DNA of 64,000 bases, from NCBI RefSeq assembly GCF_013315695.1, contig NZ_CP054353.1; one strand, 5' to 3'. The translations under genes and the position numbers were made by a program. The notes beneath the pieces are model-generated. The model saw nothing but the letters and a program-made list of their open reading frames with translations, ran no database searches and had not been told where the DNA came from. Positions 20,674-32,587 of this stretch are shown piece after piece (the stretch's first letter is position 1; each line of letters begins with the position of its first letter). The stretch comes from Escherichia coli (GTDB lineage Bacteria > Pseudomonadota > Gammaproteobacteria > Enterobacterales > Enterobacteriaceae).

Positions 20674-21513
20674 ATGAAAGACAATCCGCTGATCTCAATC
20701 TATATGCCGACCTGGAACCGCCAACAACTGGCGATTCGGGCGATAAAATCGGTCCTGCGCCAGGACTACAACAACTGGGAGATGATTATCGTGGATGATT
20801 GCTCCACCTCCTGGGAACAACTACAACAGTACGTCACCGCCCTCAACGATCCGCGCATCACTTACATTCACAACGACATTAACAGCGGGGCGTGCGCGGT
20901 ACGTAACCAGGCGATTATGCTGGCGCAAGGGGAATACATCACCGGGATCGATGATGATGATGAATGGACACCCAACCGCCTGAGCGTCTTCCTCGCCCAT
21001 AAACAGCAACTGGTCACTCACGCCTTTTTGTACGCTAACGACTACGTTTGCCAGGGCGAAGTCTATTCCCAACCGGCAAGCTTGCCGCTGTATCCCAAAT
21101 CGCCGTATTCACGCCGCCTGTTCTACAAACGCAATATCATTGGCAATCAGGTTTTTACCTGGGCATGGCGTTTCAAAGAGTGTTTGTTCGATACCGAACT
21201 GAAAGCGGCACAGGATTACGACATCTTCCTGCGGATGGTGGTGGAGTACGGCGAACCGTGGAAAGTGGAAGAGGCGACGCAGATCCTGCATATCAATCAC
21301 GGCGAAATGCAGATCACCTCGTCACCGAAAAAATTCTCCGGATACTTCCACTTTTACCGCAAGCACAAAGACAAATTCGACCGCGCCAGCAAAAAATATC
21401 AGCTGTTTACCCTCTACCAGATCCGCAATAAACGCATGACCTGGCGCACTTTGCTGACGCTGCTGTCGGTGCGTAACGGCAAACGTCTGGCTGATGGTAT
21501 TCGGGGGCGCTAA
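20674..21513 (+). CDS. wcaA: Colanic acid biosynthesis glycosyltransferase WcaA (GT2)
   Basis: 279-aa ORF, recognised; colanic acid cluster synteny. Confidence 0.93.
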   Translation: MKDNPLISIYMPTWNRQQLAIRAIKSVLRQDYNNWEMIIVDDCSTSWEQLQQYVTALNDPRITYIHNDINSGACAVRNQAIMLAQGEYITGIDDDDEWTPNRLSVFLAHKQQLVTHAFLYANDYVCQGEVYSQPASLPLYPKSPYSRRLFYKRNIIGNQVFTWAWRFKECLFDTELKAAQDYDIFLRMVVEYGEPWKVEEATQILHINHGEMQITSSPKKFSGYFHFYRKHKDKFDRASKKYQLFTLYQIRNKRMTWRTLLTLLSVRNGKRLADGIRGR

Positions 21514-21515
21514 AG

Positions 21516-22004
21516 ATGCTGGAAGATCTGCGCGCCAACAGCTGGAGTTTACGCCCGTGCTGCATGGTTCTTGCCTATCGCGCCGCTCATTTTTGTTCGG
21601 TGTGGCGCAAAAAGAACGTCCTCAACAATCTGTGGGCGGCCCCGCTGCTGGTGCTGTATCGCATTATCACCGAATGCTTTTTCGGTTATGAAATCCAGGC
21701 CGCCGCGACCATAGGCCGACGCTTTACTATCCATCACGGTTACGCCGTGGTGATCAATAAAAACGTGGTCGCGGGGGATGATTTCACCATTCGTCACGGC
21801 GTCACTATCGGCAATCGTGGTGCCGATAACATGGCATGTCCACACATTGGCAATGGCGTCGAACTCGGTGCCAACGTCATTATTCTTGGTGATATCACGC
21901 TTGGTAACAACGTCACCGTGGGCGCGGGCAGCGTGGTGCTCGACTCTGTCCCGGACAACGCGCTGGTGGTGGGAGAAAAAGCGCGAGTGAAGGTAATTAA
22001 ATGA
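21516..22004 (+). CDS. wcaB: Colanic acid biosynthesis acetyltransferase WcaB (hexapeptide repeat)
   Basis: 162-aa ORF, hexapeptide-repeat acyltransferase; synteny. Confidence 0.93.
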   Translation: MLEDLRANSWSLRPCCMVLAYRAAHFCSVWRKKNVLNNLWAAPLLVLYRIITECFFGYEIQAAATIGRRFTIHHGYAVVINKNVVAGDDFTIRHGVTIGNRGADNMACPHIGNGVELGANVIILGDITLGNNVTVGAGSVVLDSVPDNALVVGEKARVKVIK

Positions 22005-23218
22005 ATATTCTGCAATTTAATGTGCGACTGGCGGAAGGCGGGGCAGCAGGTGTGGCGTTAGATCTCCACCAGCGTGCGCTGCAACAGGGGCTGGCATCAC
22101 ATTTTGTCTACGGCTACGGCAAAGGCGGCAAAGAGAGCGTCAGTCATCAAAACTATCCGCAGGTCATCAAACATACGCCGCGGATGACCGCGATGGCGAA
22201 CATTGCGTTGTTTCGTCTGTTTAATCGCGATCTGTTCGGCAATTTCAATGAGTTATATCGCACCATTACTCGCACACCGGGTCCGGTGGTCCTGCATTTT
22301 CATGTGCTGCACAGCTACTGGTTGAATCTTAAGAGCGTGGTGCGCTTTTGCGAAAAAGTGAAAAACCATAAACCGGATGTCACTCTGGTCTGGACACTGC
22401 ACGACCACTGGAGCGTTACCGGACGCTGCGCCTTTACCGACGGTTGCGAAGGCTGGAAAACGGGCTGCCAGAAATGCCCGACCTTAAATAATTATCCGCC
22501 GGTGAAGATTGATCGCGCACACCAACTGGTGGCGGGCAAACGGCAGTTATTCCGCGAGATGCTGGCACTGGGCTGTCAGTTTATTTCCCCCAGCCAGCAT
22601 GTGGCAGACGCTTTCAATAGTCTGTACGGTCCAGGGCGTTGCCGGATTATCAATAACGGTATTGATATGGCAACCGAAGCGATTCTGGCGGACTTGCCTC
22701 TGGTGCGCGAAACCCAGAACAAGCCGAAAATCGCGGTGGTGGCGCATGATCTGCGTTACGACGGCAAAACTAACCAGCAACTGGTACGCGAGATGATGGC
22801 GCTGGGCGACAAAATCGAACTGCATACCTTTGGTAAGTTCTCGCCGTTCACCGCTGGCAACGTGGTTAATCACGGCTTTGAAACTGACAAGCGCAAGTTG
22901 ATGAGCGCGCTCAATCAGATGGATGCGCTGGTATTCAGTTCTCGCGTCGATAACTACCCGCTGATTTTGTGTGAGGCGCTATCGATTGGCGTGCCGGTGA
23001 TTGCCACCCATAGCGACGCGGCGCGTGAAGTGTTGCAAAAATCCGGCGGTAAAACCGTCAGCGAAGAAGATGTGCTGCAACTGGTGCAGTTAAGCAAACC
23101 GGAAATCGCACAGGCGATATTTGGTACCACGCTGGCTGAGTTCAGCCAGCGCAGCCGCGCCGCCTACAGTGGACAACAGATGCTGGAGGAGTATGTCAAC
23201 TTCTATCAGAATCTGTAG
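22001..23218 (+). CDS. wcaC: Colanic acid biosynthesis glycosyltransferase WcaC (GT4)
   Basis: 405-aa ORF; synteny. Confidence 0.93.
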   Translation: MNILQFNVRLAEGGAAGVALDLHQRALQQGLASHFVYGYGKGGKESVSHQNYPQVIKHTPRMTAMANIALFRLFNRDLFGNFNELYRTITRTPGPVVLHFHVLHSYWLNLKSVVRFCEKVKNHKPDVTLVWTLHDHWSVTGRCAFTDGCEGWKTGCQKCPTLNNYPPVKIDRAHQLVAGKRQLFREMLALGCQFISPSQHVADAFNSLYGPGRCRIINNGIDMATEAILADLPLVRETQNKPKIAVVAHDLRYDGKTNQQLVREMMALGDKIELHTFGKFSPFTAGNVVNHGFETDKRKLMSALNQMDALVFSSRVDNYPLILCEALSIGVPVIATHSDAAREVLQKSGGKTVSEEDVLQLVQLSKPEIAQAIFGTTLAEFSQRSRAAYSGQQMLEEYVNFYQNL

Positions 23219-24413
23219 CTACCTGCTGCTGCCGCTGATCTACCTGCTGGTTAACGTCAAAATCGCCCAGCTTGGCGAAAGTTTCCCCATCACCATCGTC
23301 ACTTTTTTACCTGTCTTGTTACTGCTGTTTTTAGAACGCATCAGCGTTAAAAAATTGATGATTGCCTTAGGGATTGGCGCGGGACTCACGGCGTTTAACT
23401 ACCTGTTTGGTCAGTCGTTGGATGCCAGTAAATACGTCACTTCAACCATGCTTTTTGTCTATATTGTGATCATTATTGGCATGGTGTGGAGTATTCGTTT
23501 TAAAACAATTTCGCCACACAACCATTGCAAGATATTACGTTTTTTTTATCTGGTGGTCGGGCTGGTGGTGGCGCTGGCGGCGGTGGAGATGGCGCAAATT
23601 ATCCTCACCGGCGGCAGCAGTATTATGGAGTCGATTTCGAAATATCTGATTTACAGCAACAGCTATGTGCTGAATTTCATTAAATTCGGCGGCAAGCGCA
23701 CGACAGCACTTTATTTCGAACCGGCATTTTTCGCTCTGGCATTAATCTCAATTTGGCTCAGCATCAAACAGTTTGGTATCAAAACGCCTAAAACCGATGC
23801 TATGATTCTCGCAGGGATAATATTATCCGGATCGTTTTCAGGGGTTATGACCTTTATCCTGTTTTATTTGCTGGAGTGGGCATTTCAATATCTGAATAAA
23901 GAGGCGATTAAGAAAAGGTTACCGTTAGCATTGATTTCTCTGGCTGTATTCCTGGTTGGTGTGGTAATTGCATTTCCTTATATTTCCACCCGTCTGGGCG
24001 ATTTAGGTACAGAAGGATCGTCATCATATTATCGTATTGTCGGTCCGCTGGTGATGGTCGGTTATTCTTTGACCCATATTGACGGTGTAGTCAGATTTGG
24101 CTCACTTTATGAATATGTCGCATCATTCGGAATATTTAACGGTGCGGATGTCGGAAAAACCATAGACAATGGTTTGTATCTGCTGATTATTTATTTTTCC
24201 TGGTTCGCGGTGTTTTTATCACTGTGGTACATGGGGAAAGTGATAAAAATGATGATCAACGCTTTTGGTGATAACCGCAATTTTCGCGTGCAATTATATC
24301 TTTTTACTCCGGTATCGCTGTTTTTTACCGGTTCGATATTTAGCCCGGAATATGCATTTTTAATCGTCTGTCCGTTTATTTTGCGAAAAGCGTTAAATAT
24401 ACACCCTAAATAA
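23193..24413 (+). CDS. wcaD: Putative colanic acid polymerase WcaD (multi-pass membrane protein)
   Basis: ORF track starts at 23121; trimmed to ATG 23193 (MSTSIRICSYLLLPLIYLL...); overlaps the wcaC 3' end. Confidence 0.9.
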   Translation: MSTSIRICSYLLLPLIYLLVNVKIAQLGESFPITIVTFLPVLLLLFLERISVKKLMIALGIGAGLTAFNYLFGQSLDASKYVTSTMLFVYIVIIIGMVWSIRFKTISPHNHCKILRFFYLVVGLVVALAAVEMAQIILTGGSSIMESISKYLIYSNSYVLNFIKFGGKRTTALYFEPAFFALALISIWLSIKQFGIKTPKTDAMILAGIILSGSFSGVMTFILFYLLEWAFQYLNKEAIKKRLPLALISLAVFLVGVVIAFPYISTRLGDLGTEGSSSYYRIVGPLVMVGYSLTHIDGVVRFGSLYEYVASFGIFNGADVGKTIDNGLYLLIIYFSWFAVFLSLWYMGKVIKMMINAFGDNRNFRVQLYLFTPVSLFFTGSIFSPEYAFLIVCPFILRKALNIHPK

Positions 24414-24493
24414 TTCGAGTTGCAGGAAGTTGGTGAGCGAGGAAAACCAACGCACATGCAGTTTGAAGTATGACGGGTATTACGAGGTAAAAC

Positions 24494-25240
24494 ATGTTGC
24501 TTAGCATAATCACTGTCGCGTTTCGTAACCTCGAAGGGATAGTCAAAACACACGCCTCGCTGGCGCATCTGGCGCAGGCGGACGATATCAGCTTCGAATG
24601 GATTGTTGTCGATGGCGGTTCCAATGACGGCACCCGTGAGTACCTGGAAAATCTCAAGGGTATCTATAACCTACGCTTTGTCAGCGAACCAGATAACGGT
24701 ATCTACGACGCCATGAACAAGGGCATTGCGATGGCACAAGGCAAGTTCGCGTTGTTTCTCAACTCGGGCGATATTTTTCATCAGGATGCCGCATATTTTG
24801 TCCGTAAGTTAAAAGTGCAAAAAGATAACGTGATGATCACCGGCGATGCGCTGCTGGATTTTGGCGACGGGCATAAAATTAAACGTAGCGCCAAACCGGG
24901 CTGGTATATTTACCACAGCCTGCCCGCCAGTCATCAGGCGATATTTTTCCCGGTGTCCGGCTTGAAGAAATGGCGTTATGACCTGGAATATAAAGTTTCG
25001 TCCGACTACGCGCTGGCGGCCAAAATGTATAAAGCTGGTTATGCATTTAAAAAACTCAATGGCCTGGTGTCTGAATTTTCTATGGGTGGGGTATCAACCA
25101 CCAATAATATGGAATTGTGTGCTGACGCCAAAAAAGTCCAACGGCAGATATTGCACGTGCCTGGCTTTTGGGCTGAATTATCCTGGCATTTACGCCAACG
25201 TACGACCTCAAAGACGAAAGCCTTATATAACAAAAGCTGA
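24494..25240 (+). CDS. wcaE: Colanic acid biosynthesis glycosyltransferase WcaE (GT2)
   Basis: 248-aa ORF; synteny. Confidence 0.93.
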   Translation: MLLSIITVAFRNLEGIVKTHASLAHLAQADDISFEWIVVDGGSNDGTREYLENLKGIYNLRFVSEPDNGIYDAMNKGIAMAQGKFALFLNSGDIFHQDAAYFVRKLKVQKDNVMITGDALLDFGDGHKIKRSAKPGWYIYHSLPASHQAIFFPVSGLKKWRYDLEYKVSSDYALAAKMYKAGYAFKKLNGLVSEFSMGGVSTTNNMELCADAKKVQRQILHVPGFWAELSWHLRQRTTSKTKALYNKS

Positions 25241-25255
25241 ATATAAGGGAAAACG

Positions 25256-25804
25256 ATGCAGGATTTAAGTGGATTCTCGGTGCCGAAAGGGTTCCGGGGT
25301 GGCAACGCTATTAAAGTGCAATTGTGGTGGGCAGTACAGGCAACAATATTTGCCTGGTCGCCACAAGTATTGTATCGCTGGCGGGCATTTTTATTACGTT
25401 TATTCGGCGCAAAAATAGGAAAAAACGTAGTGATTCGTCCGTCAGTAAAAATTACCTATCCGTGGAAATTAACCTTAGGTGATTACGCGTGGGTCGGCGA
25501 TGAGGTCAATTTATATACCCTCGGTGAAATAACCATTGGCGCACATTCGGTGATATCGCAAAAAAGTTATTTATGCACCGGTAGCCACGACCATGCAAGT
25601 CAACATTTCACCATTAACGCCACGCCTATTGTGATTGGCGAGAAATGCTGGCTGGCAACCGATGTCTTTGTTGCCCCTGGCGTCACGATCGGCAACGGCA
25701 CCGTCGTGGGTGCGCGAAGCAGTGTTTTTAAATCGCTTCCGGCAAATGTGGTTTGCCGGGGGAATCCCGCAGTGGTGATACGCGAACGCGTTGAAACTGA
25801 ATAA
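25256..25804 (+). CDS. wcaF: Colanic acid biosynthesis acetyltransferase WcaF (hexapeptide repeat)
   Basis: 182-aa ORF; synteny. Confidence 0.93.
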   Translation: MQDLSGFSVPKGFRGGNAIKVQLWWAVQATIFAWSPQVLYRWRAFLLRLFGAKIGKNVVIRPSVKITYPWKLTLGDYAWVGDEVNLYTLGEITIGAHSVISQKSYLCTGSHDHASQHFTINATPIVIGEKCWLATDVFVAPGVTIGNGTVVGARSSVFKSLPANVVCRGNPAVVIRERVETE

Positions 25805-25830
25805 ATTCAAAAAATACAGAGGAATAAGAC

Positions 25831-26952
25831 ATGTCAAAAGTCGCTCTCATCACCGGTGTAACCGGACAAGACGGTTCTTACCTGGCAGAGTTTCTGCTGG
25901 AAAAAGGTTACGAGGTGCATGGTATTAAGCGTCGTGCATCGTCATTCAACACCGAGCGCGTGGATCACATTTATCAGGATCCGCACACCTGCAACCCGAA
26001 ATTCCATCTGCATTATGGCGATCTGAGTGATACCTCCAACCTGACGCGCATTTTGCGTGAAGTACAGCCGGATGAAGTGTACAACCTGGGGGCAATGAGC
26101 CACGTTGCGGTTTCTTTTGAGTCACCGGAATATACCGCTGACGTTGATGCGATGGGTACGCTGCGCCTGCTCGAGGCGATCCGCTTCCTCGGTCTGGAAA
26201 AGAAAACCCGTTTCTATCAGGCTTCCACCTCTGAACTGTACGGTCTGGTGCAGGAAATTCCGCAGAAAGAAACCACGCCGTTCTACCCGCGATCTCCGTA
26301 TGCGGTCGCCAAACTGTACGCCTACTGGATCACCGTTAACTACCGCGAATCCTACGGCATGTACGCCTGCAACGGTATTCTCTTCAACCATGAATCCCCG
26401 CGCCGTGGCGAAACCTTCGTTACCCGCAAAATCACCCGCGCAATCGCCAATATCGCCCAGGGGCTGGAGTCGTGCCTGTATCTCGGCAATATGGATTCCC
26501 TGCGTGACTGGGGCCACGCCAAAGACTACGTAAAAATGCAGTGGATGATGCTGCAACAGGAACAACCGGAAGATTTCGTTATTGCCACCGGCGTTCAGTA
26601 CTCCGTGCGTCAGTTCGTGGAAATGGCGGCGGCACAGCTGGGCATCAAACTGCGCTTTGAAGGCACGGGCGTTGAAGAGAAGGGCATTGTGGTTTCCGTC
26701 ACCGGGCATGATGCACCAGGCGTTAAACCGGGTGATGTGATTATCGCCGTTGACCCGCGCTACTTCCGTCCTGCTGAAGTAGAAACACTGCTCGGCGACC
26801 CGACCAAAGCGCACGAAAAACTGGGCTGGAAACCGGAAATCACCCTCAGAGAGATGGTGTCTGAAATGGTGGCTAATGACCTCGAAGCGGCGAAAAAACA
26901 CTCTCTGCTGAAATCTCACGGCTACGACGTGGCGATCGCGCTGGAGTCATAA
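25831..26952 (+). CDS. gmd: GDP-mannose 4,6-dehydratase
   Basis: 373-aa [34 protein letters not shown]..., recognised as Gmd. Confidence 0.96.
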
Positions 26953-26954
26953 GC

Positions 26955-27920
26955 ATGAGTAAACAACGCATTTTTATTGCTGGCCATCGCGGGATGGTCG
27001 GTTCCGCCATCAGGCGGCAGCTCGAACAGCGCGGTGATGTAGAGCTGGTATTACGCACCCGCGATGAACTGAACCTGCTGGACAGCCGCGCCGTGCATGA
27101 TTTCTTTGCCAGCGAACGTATTGACCAGGTCTATCTGGCGGCGGCGAAAGTGGGCGGCATTGTTGCCAACAACACGTATCCGGCGGATTTCATCTATCAG
27201 AACATGATGATTGAGAGCAACATCATTCACGCCGCGCATCAGAACGACGTGAACAAACTGCTGTTTCTCGGATCGTCCTGTATCTACCCGAAACTGGCAA
27301 AACAGCCGATGGCAGAAAGCGAGTTATTGCAGGGTACGCTGGAGCCGACTAACGAGCCTTATGCTATTGCCAAAATCGCCGGGATCAAACTGTGCGAATC
27401 TTACAACCGCCAGTATGGACGCGATTACCGCTCGGTCATGCCGACCAACCTGTATGGCCCGCATGACAACTTCCACCCGAGTAATTCGCATGTGATCCCT
27501 GCATTGCTGCGTCGCTTCCACGAGGCGACGGCACAGAATGCACCGGACGTGGTGGTGTGGGGCAGCGGTACACCGATGCGCGAATTTCTGCACGTCGATG
27601 ATATGGCGGCGGCGAGCATTCATGTGATGGAGCTGGCGCACGAAGTCTGGCTGGAGAACACCCAACCGATGCTGTCGCACATTAACGTCGGCACGGGCGT
27701 TGACTGCACTATCCGCGAGCTGGCGCAAACCATCGCCAAAGTGGTGGGTTACAAAGGTCGGGTGGTTTTTGATGCCAGTAAACCGGATGGTACGCCGCGC
27801 AAACTGCTGGATGTGACGCGCCTGCATCAGCTTGGCTGGTATCACGAAATCTCACTGGAAGCGGGGCTTGCCAGCACTTACCAGTGGTTCCTTGAGAATC
27901 AAGACCGCTTTCGGGGGTAA
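26955..27920 (+). CDS. fcl: GDP-L-fucose synthase
   Basis: 321-aa [22 protein letters not shown]..., recognised as Fcl. Confidence 0.96.
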   Translation: MSKQRIFIAGHRGMVGSAIRRQLEQRGDVELVLRTRDELNLLDSRAVHDFFASERIDQVYLAAAKVGGIVANNTYPADFIYQNMMIESNIIHAAHQNDVNKLLFLGSSCIYPKLAKQPMAESELLQGTLEPTNEPYAIAKIAGIKLCESYNRQYGRDYRSVMPTNLYGPHDNFHPSNSHVIPALLRRFHEATAQNAPDVVVWGSGTPMREFLHVDDMAAASIHVMELAHEVWLENTQPMLSHINVGTGVDCTIRELAQTIAKVVGYKGRVVFDASKPDGTPRKLLDVTRLHQLGWYHEISLEAGLASTYQWFLENQDRFRG

Positions 27921-27922
27921 TG

Positions 27923-28402
27923 ATGTTTTTACGTCAGGAAGACTTTGCCACGGTAGTGCGCTCCACTCCGCTTGTCTCTCTCGACTTTATTGTCGAGAAC
28001 AGTCGCGGCGAGTTTCTGCTTGGCAAAAGAACCAACCGCCCGGCGCAGGGTTACTGGTTTGTGCCGGGAGGGCGCGTGCAGAAAGACGAAACGCTGGAAG
28101 CCGCATTTGAGCGGCTGACGATGGCGGAACTGGGGCTGCGTCTGCCGATAACAGCAGGCCAGTTTTACGGTGTCTGGCAGCACTTTTATGACGATAACTT
28201 CTCTGGCACGGATTTCACCACTCACTATGTGGTGCTCGGTTTTCGCTTCAGAGTAGCGGAAGAAGAACTGTTACTGCCGGATGAGCAGCATGACGATTAC
28301 CGCTGGCTGACGCCGGACGCGTTGCTCGCCAGTGACAATGTTCACGCTAACAGCCGCGCCTATTTTCTCGCTGAGAAGCGTGCCGGAGTACCCGGATTAT
28401 GA
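27923..28402 (+). CDS. gmm: GDP-mannose mannosyl hydrolase (Nudix)
   Basis: ORF track starts at 27920 (MMFLRQ...); second ATG at 27923 gives the 159-aa form. Confidence 0.93.
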   Translation: MFLRQEDFATVVRSTPLVSLDFIVENSRGEFLLGKRTNRPAQGYWFVPGGRVQKDETLEAAFERLTMAELGLRLPITAGQFYGVWQHFYDDNFSGTDFTTHYVVLGFRFRVAEEELLLPDEQHDDYRWLTPDALLASDNVHANSRAYFLAEKRAGVPGL

Positions 28403-29622
28403 AAATACTGGTCTACGGCATTAACTACTCGCCGGAGTTAACCGGCATCGGCAAGTACACCGGCGAGATGGTGGAATGGCTGGCGGCACAAGGTCATGAG
28501 GTGCGGGTTATTACCGCACCGCCTTACTACCCGCAATGGCAGGTGGGCGAGAACTATTCCGCCTGGCGGTACAAACGAGAAGAGGGGGCCGCCACGGTGT
28601 GGCGCTGCCCGCTGTACGTGCCAAAACAGCCGAGCACCCTGAAACGCCTGTTACATCTCGGCAGTTTTGCCGTCAGCAGTTTTTTCCCGTTGATGGCGCA
28701 ACGTCGCTGGAAGCCGGATCGCATTATTGGCGTAGTGCCAACGCTGTTTTGCACGCCGGGAATGCGCCTGCTGGCGAAACTCTCTGGTGCGCGTACCGTG
28801 CTGCATATTCAGGATTACGAAGTGGACGCCATGCTGGGGCTGGGCCTTGCCGGAAAAGGCAAAGGCGGCAAAGTGGCACAGCTGGCGACGGCGTTCGAAC
28901 GTAGCGGACTGCATAACGTCGATAACGTCTCCACGATTTCGCGTTCGATGATGAATAAAGCCATCGAAAAAGGCGTGGCGGCAGAAAACGTCATCTTCTT
29001 CCCCAACTGGTCAGAAATTGCCCGTTTTCAGCATGTCGCAGACGCCGATGTTGATGCCCTTCGTAACCAGCTTGGCCTGCCGGATAACAAAAAAATCATT
29101 CTTTACTCCGGCAATATTGGTGAAAAGCAGGGGCTGGAAAACGTTATTGAAGCTGCCGATCGCCTGCGTGATGAACCGCTGATTTTTGCCATTGTCGGGC
29201 AGGGCGGCGGCAAAGCTCGGCTGGAAAAAATGGCGCAACAGCGTGGTCTGCACATCATGCAATTTTTTCCGCTGCAATCGTATGACGCTTTACCCGCACT
29301 GCTGAAGATGGGCGATTGCCATCTGGTAGTGCAAAAACGCGGCGCGGCAGATGCCGTATTACCGTCGAAACTGACCAATATTCTGGCGGTAGGCGGTAAC
29401 GCGGTGATTACTGCTGAAGCCCACACAGAACTGGGACAGCTTTGCGAAACCTTTCCGGGCATTGCGGTTTGCGTAGAACCGGAATCGGTCGAGGCGCTGG
29501 TGGCGGGGATCCGTCAGGCGCTCCTGCTGCCCAAACACAACACGGTGGCACGTGAATATGCCGAACGCACGCTCGATAAAGAGAACGTGTTACGTCAATT
29601 TATAAATGATATTCGGGGATAA
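28399..29622 (+). CDS. wcaI: Colanic acid biosynthesis glycosyltransferase WcaI (GT4)
   Basis: 407-aa ORF; synteny. Confidence 0.93.
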   Translation: MKILVYGINYSPELTGIGKYTGEMVEWLAAQGHEVRVITAPPYYPQWQVGENYSAWRYKREEGAATVWRCPLYVPKQPSTLKRLLHLGSFAVSSFFPLMAQRRWKPDRIIGVVPTLFCTPGMRLLAKLSGARTVLHIQDYEVDAMLGLGLAGKGKGGKVAQLATAFERSGLHNVDNVSTISRSMMNKAIEKGVAAENVIFFPNWSEIARFQHVADADVDALRNQLGLPDNKKIILYSGNIGEKQGLENVIEAADRLRDEPLIFAIVGQGGGKARLEKMAQQRGLHIMQFFPLQSYDALPALLKMGDCHLVVQKRGAADAVLPSKLTNILAVGGNAVITAEAHTELGQLCETFPGIAVCVEPESVEALVAGIRQALLLPKHNTVAREYAERTLDKENVLRQFINDIRG

Positions 29623-29624
29623 TT

Positions 29625-31061
29625 ATGGCGCAGTCGAAACTCTATCCAGTTGTGATGGCAGGTGGCTCCGGTAGCCGCTTATGGCCGCTTTCCCGCGTAC
29701 TTTACCCCAAGCAGTTTTTATGCCTGAAAGGCGATCTCACCATGCTGCAAACCACCATCTGCCGCCTGAACGGCGTGGAGTGCGAAAGCCCGGTGGTGAT
29801 TTGCAATGAGCAGCACCGCTTTATTGTCGCGGAACAGCTGTGTCAACTGAACAAACTCACCGAGAACATTATTCTCGAACCGGCAGGGCGTAACACTGCA
29901 CCTGCCATTGCGCTGGCGGCGCTGGCGGCAAAACGTCATAGCCCGGAGAGCGACCCGTTAATGCTGGTCTTGGCGGCGGATCATGTGATTGCCGATGAAG
30001 ACGCGTTCCGTGCCGCCGTGCGTAATGCCATGCCATATGCCGAAGCGGGCAAGCTGGTGACCTTCGGCATTGTGCCGGATCTACCTGAAACCGGATATGG
30101 CTATATTCGTCGCGGTGAAGTGTCTGCGGGTGAGCAGGATACGGTGGCCTTTGAAGTGGCGCAGTTTGTCGAAAAACCGAATCTGGAAACCGCCCAGGCC
30201 TATGTAGCAAGCGGCGAATATTACTGGAACAGCGGCATGTTCCTGTTCCGCGCCGGATGCTATCTCGAAGAACTGAAAAAATATCGCCCGGATATTCTCG
30301 ACGCCTGTGAAAAAGCGATGAGCGCCGTCGATCCGGATCTCGATTTTATTCGTGTGGATGAAGAAGCGTTTCTGGCCTGCCCGGAAGAGTCGGTGGATTA
30401 CGCGGTCATGGAACGAACGGCAGATGCCGTTGTGGTGCCGATGGATGCAGGCTGGAGCGATGTCGGCTCCTGGTCCTCTTTATGGGAGATCAGCGCCCAC
30501 ACCGCCGAGGGCAACGTTTGCCACGGTGATGTGATTAATCACAAAACCGAAAACAGCTATGTGTATGCCGAATCTGGCCTGGTCACCACCGTCGGGGTGA
30601 AAGATTTGGTGGTAGTGCAGACCAAAGATGCGGTGCTGATTGCCGACCGTAACGCGGTTCAGGATGTGAAAAAAGTGGTCGAGCAGATCAAAGCCGATGG
30701 TCGCCATGAGCATCGGGTGCATCGCGAAGTGTATCGCCCGTGGGGCAAATATGACTCTATCGACGCGGGCGATCGCTACCAGGTGAAACGCATCACCGTG
30801 AAACCGGGCGAAGGTTTGTCGGTACAGATGCATCATCACCGCGCGGAACACTGGGTAGTGGTCGCAGGAACGGCAAAAGTCACCATCGACGGTGATATCA
30901 AGCTGCTTGGTGAAAACGAGTCCATTTATATTCCGCTGGGGGCGACGCATTGCCTGGAAAACCCGGGGAAAATTCCGCTCGATTTAATTGAAGTACGCTC
31001 CGGCTCTTATCTCGAAGAGGATGATGTGGTGCGCTTCGCGGATCGCTACGGACGGGTGTAG
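29625..31061 (+). CDS. cpsB: Mannose-1-phosphate guanylyltransferase
   Basis: 478-aa [27 protein letters not shown]..., recognised as ManC/CpsB. Confidence 0.95.
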   Translation: MAQSKLYPVVMAGGSGSRLWPLSRVLYPKQFLCLKGDLTMLQTTICRLNGVECESPVVICNEQHRFIVAEQLCQLNKLTENIILEPAGRNTAPAIALAALAAKRHSPESDPLMLVLAADHVIADEDAFRAAVRNAMPYAEAGKLVTFGIVPDLPETGYGYIRRGEVSAGEQDTVAFEVAQFVEKPNLETAQAYVASGEYYWNSGMFLFRAGCYLEELKKYRPDILDACEKAMSAVDPDLDFIRVDEEAFLACPEESVDYAVMERTADAVVVPMDAGWSDVGSWSSLWEISAHTAEGNVCHGDVINHKTENSYVYAESGLVTTVGVKDLVVVQTKDAVLIADRNAVQDVKKVVEQIKADGRHEHRVHREVYRPWGKYDSIDAGDRYQVKRITVKPGEGLSVQMHHHRAEHWVVVAGTAKVTIDGDIKLLGENESIYIPLGATHCLENPGKIPLDLIEVRSGSYLEEDDVVRFADRYGRV

Positions 31062-31162
31062 CAGTTGCATAATCAACCGGATTAATTCTTCGGTAAATAA
31101 CGACAAAAACAAAATTGGCCGTTTCGGTCAGGGCCAACTATTGCCTGAAAAAGGGTAAAGAC

Positions 31163-32533
31163 ATGAAAAAATTAACCTGCTTTAAAGCCTATGATATTCG
31201 CGGGAAATTAGGCGAAGAACTGAATGAAGATATTGCCTGGCGCATTGGTCGCGCCTATGGCGAATTTCTCAAACCGAAAACCATTGTGTTAGGCGGTGAT
31301 GTCCGCCTCACCAGCGAAACCTTAAAACTGGCGCTGGCGAAAGGTTTACAGGATGCGGGCGTCGATGTGCTGGATATTGGCATGTCCGGCACCGAAGAGA
31401 TCTATTTCGCCACGTTCCATCTCGGCGTGGATGGCGGCATCGAAGTTACCGCCAGCCATAACCCGATGGATTACAACGGCATGAAGCTGGTGCGCGAAGG
31501 GGCTCGCCCGATCAGCGGCGATACCGGACTGCGCGACGTCCAGCGTCTGGCAGAAGCCAACGACTTTCCTCCCGTTGATGAAACCAAACGCGGTCGCTAT
31601 CAGCAAATCAACCTGCGTGATGCATACGTTGATCACCTGTTCGGTTATATCAATGTCAAAAACCTTACGCCGCTCAAGCTGGTGATCAACTCCGGGAACG
31701 GCGCAGCGGGTCCGGTGGTGGACGCCATCGAAGCCCGTTTTAAAGCCCTCGGCGCACCGGTGGAGTTAATCAAAGTGCATAACACGCCGGACGGCAATTT
31801 CCCCAACGGTATTCCTAACCCGTTGCTGCCGGAATGCCGCGACGACACCCGTAATGCGGTCATCAAACACGGCGCGGATATGGGCATTGCCTTTGATGGC
31901 GATTTTGACCGCTGTTTCCTGTTTGACGAAAAAGGGCAGTTTATTGAGGGCTACTACATTGTCGGCCTGCTGGCAGAAGCATTCCTCGAAAAAAATCCCG
32001 GCGCGAAGATCATCCACGATCCACGTCTCTCCTGGAACACCGTTGATGTGGTGACTGCCGCAGGCGGCACCCCGGTAATGTCGAAAACCGGACACGCCTT
32101 TATTAAAGAACGTATGCGCAAGGAAGACGCTATCTACGGTGGCGAAATGAGCGCCCACCATTACTTCCGTGATTTCGCTTACTGCGACAGCGGCATGATC
32201 CCGTGGCTGCTGGTCGCCGAACTGGTGTGCCTGAAAGGAAAAACGCTGGGCGAACTGGTGCGCGACCGGATGGCGGCGTTTCCGGCAAGCGGTGAGATCA
32301 ACAGCAAACTGGCGCAACCCGTTGAGGCGATTAACCGCGTGGAACAGCATTTTAGCCGTGAGGCGCTGGCGGTGGATCGCACCGATGGCATCAGCATGAC
32401 CTTTGCCGACTGGCGCTTTAACCTGCGCTCCTCCAACACCGAACCGGTGGTGCGGTTGAATGTGGAATCGCGCGGTGATGTGCCGCTGATGGAAGCGCGA
32501 ACGCGAACTCTGCTGACGTTGCTGAACGAGTAA
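31163..32533 (+). CDS. cpsG: Phosphomannomutase
   Basis: ORF track starts at 31115; trimmed to ATG 31163 ([17 protein letters not shown]...), 456 aa, phosphohexomutase motif TASHNP. Confidence 0.95.
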   Translation: MKKLTCFKAYDIRGKLGEELNEDIAWRIGRAYGEFLKPKTIVLGGDVRLTSETLKLALAKGLQDAGVDVLDIGMSGTEEIYFATFHLGVDGGIEVTASHNPMDYNGMKLVREGARPISGDTGLRDVQRLAEANDFPPVDETKRGRYQQINLRDAYVDHLFGYINVKNLTPLKLVINSGNGAAGPVVDAIEARFKALGAPVELIKVHNTPDGNFPNGIPNPLLPECRDDTRNAVIKHGADMGIAFDGDFDRCFLFDEKGQFIEGYYIVGLLAEAFLEKNPGAKIIHDPRLSWNTVDVVTAAGGTPVMSKTGHAFIKERMRKEDAIYGGEMSAHHYFRDFAYCDSGMIPWLLVAELVCLKGKTLGELVRDRMAAFPASGEINSKLAQPVEAINRVEQHFSREALAVDRTDGISMTFADWRFNLRSSNTEPVVRLNVESRGDVPLMEARTRTLLTLLNE

Positions 32534-32587
32534 TGTCGGATCTTCCCTTACCCCACTGCGGGTAAGGGGCTAATAACAGGAACAACG

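Noticed and set aside
26122-26919. 265-aa minus-strand ORF
   Set aside because: Lies entirely antisense within gmd, a highly conserved and confidently identified gene; a GC-rich antisense frame without stops is expected by chance.
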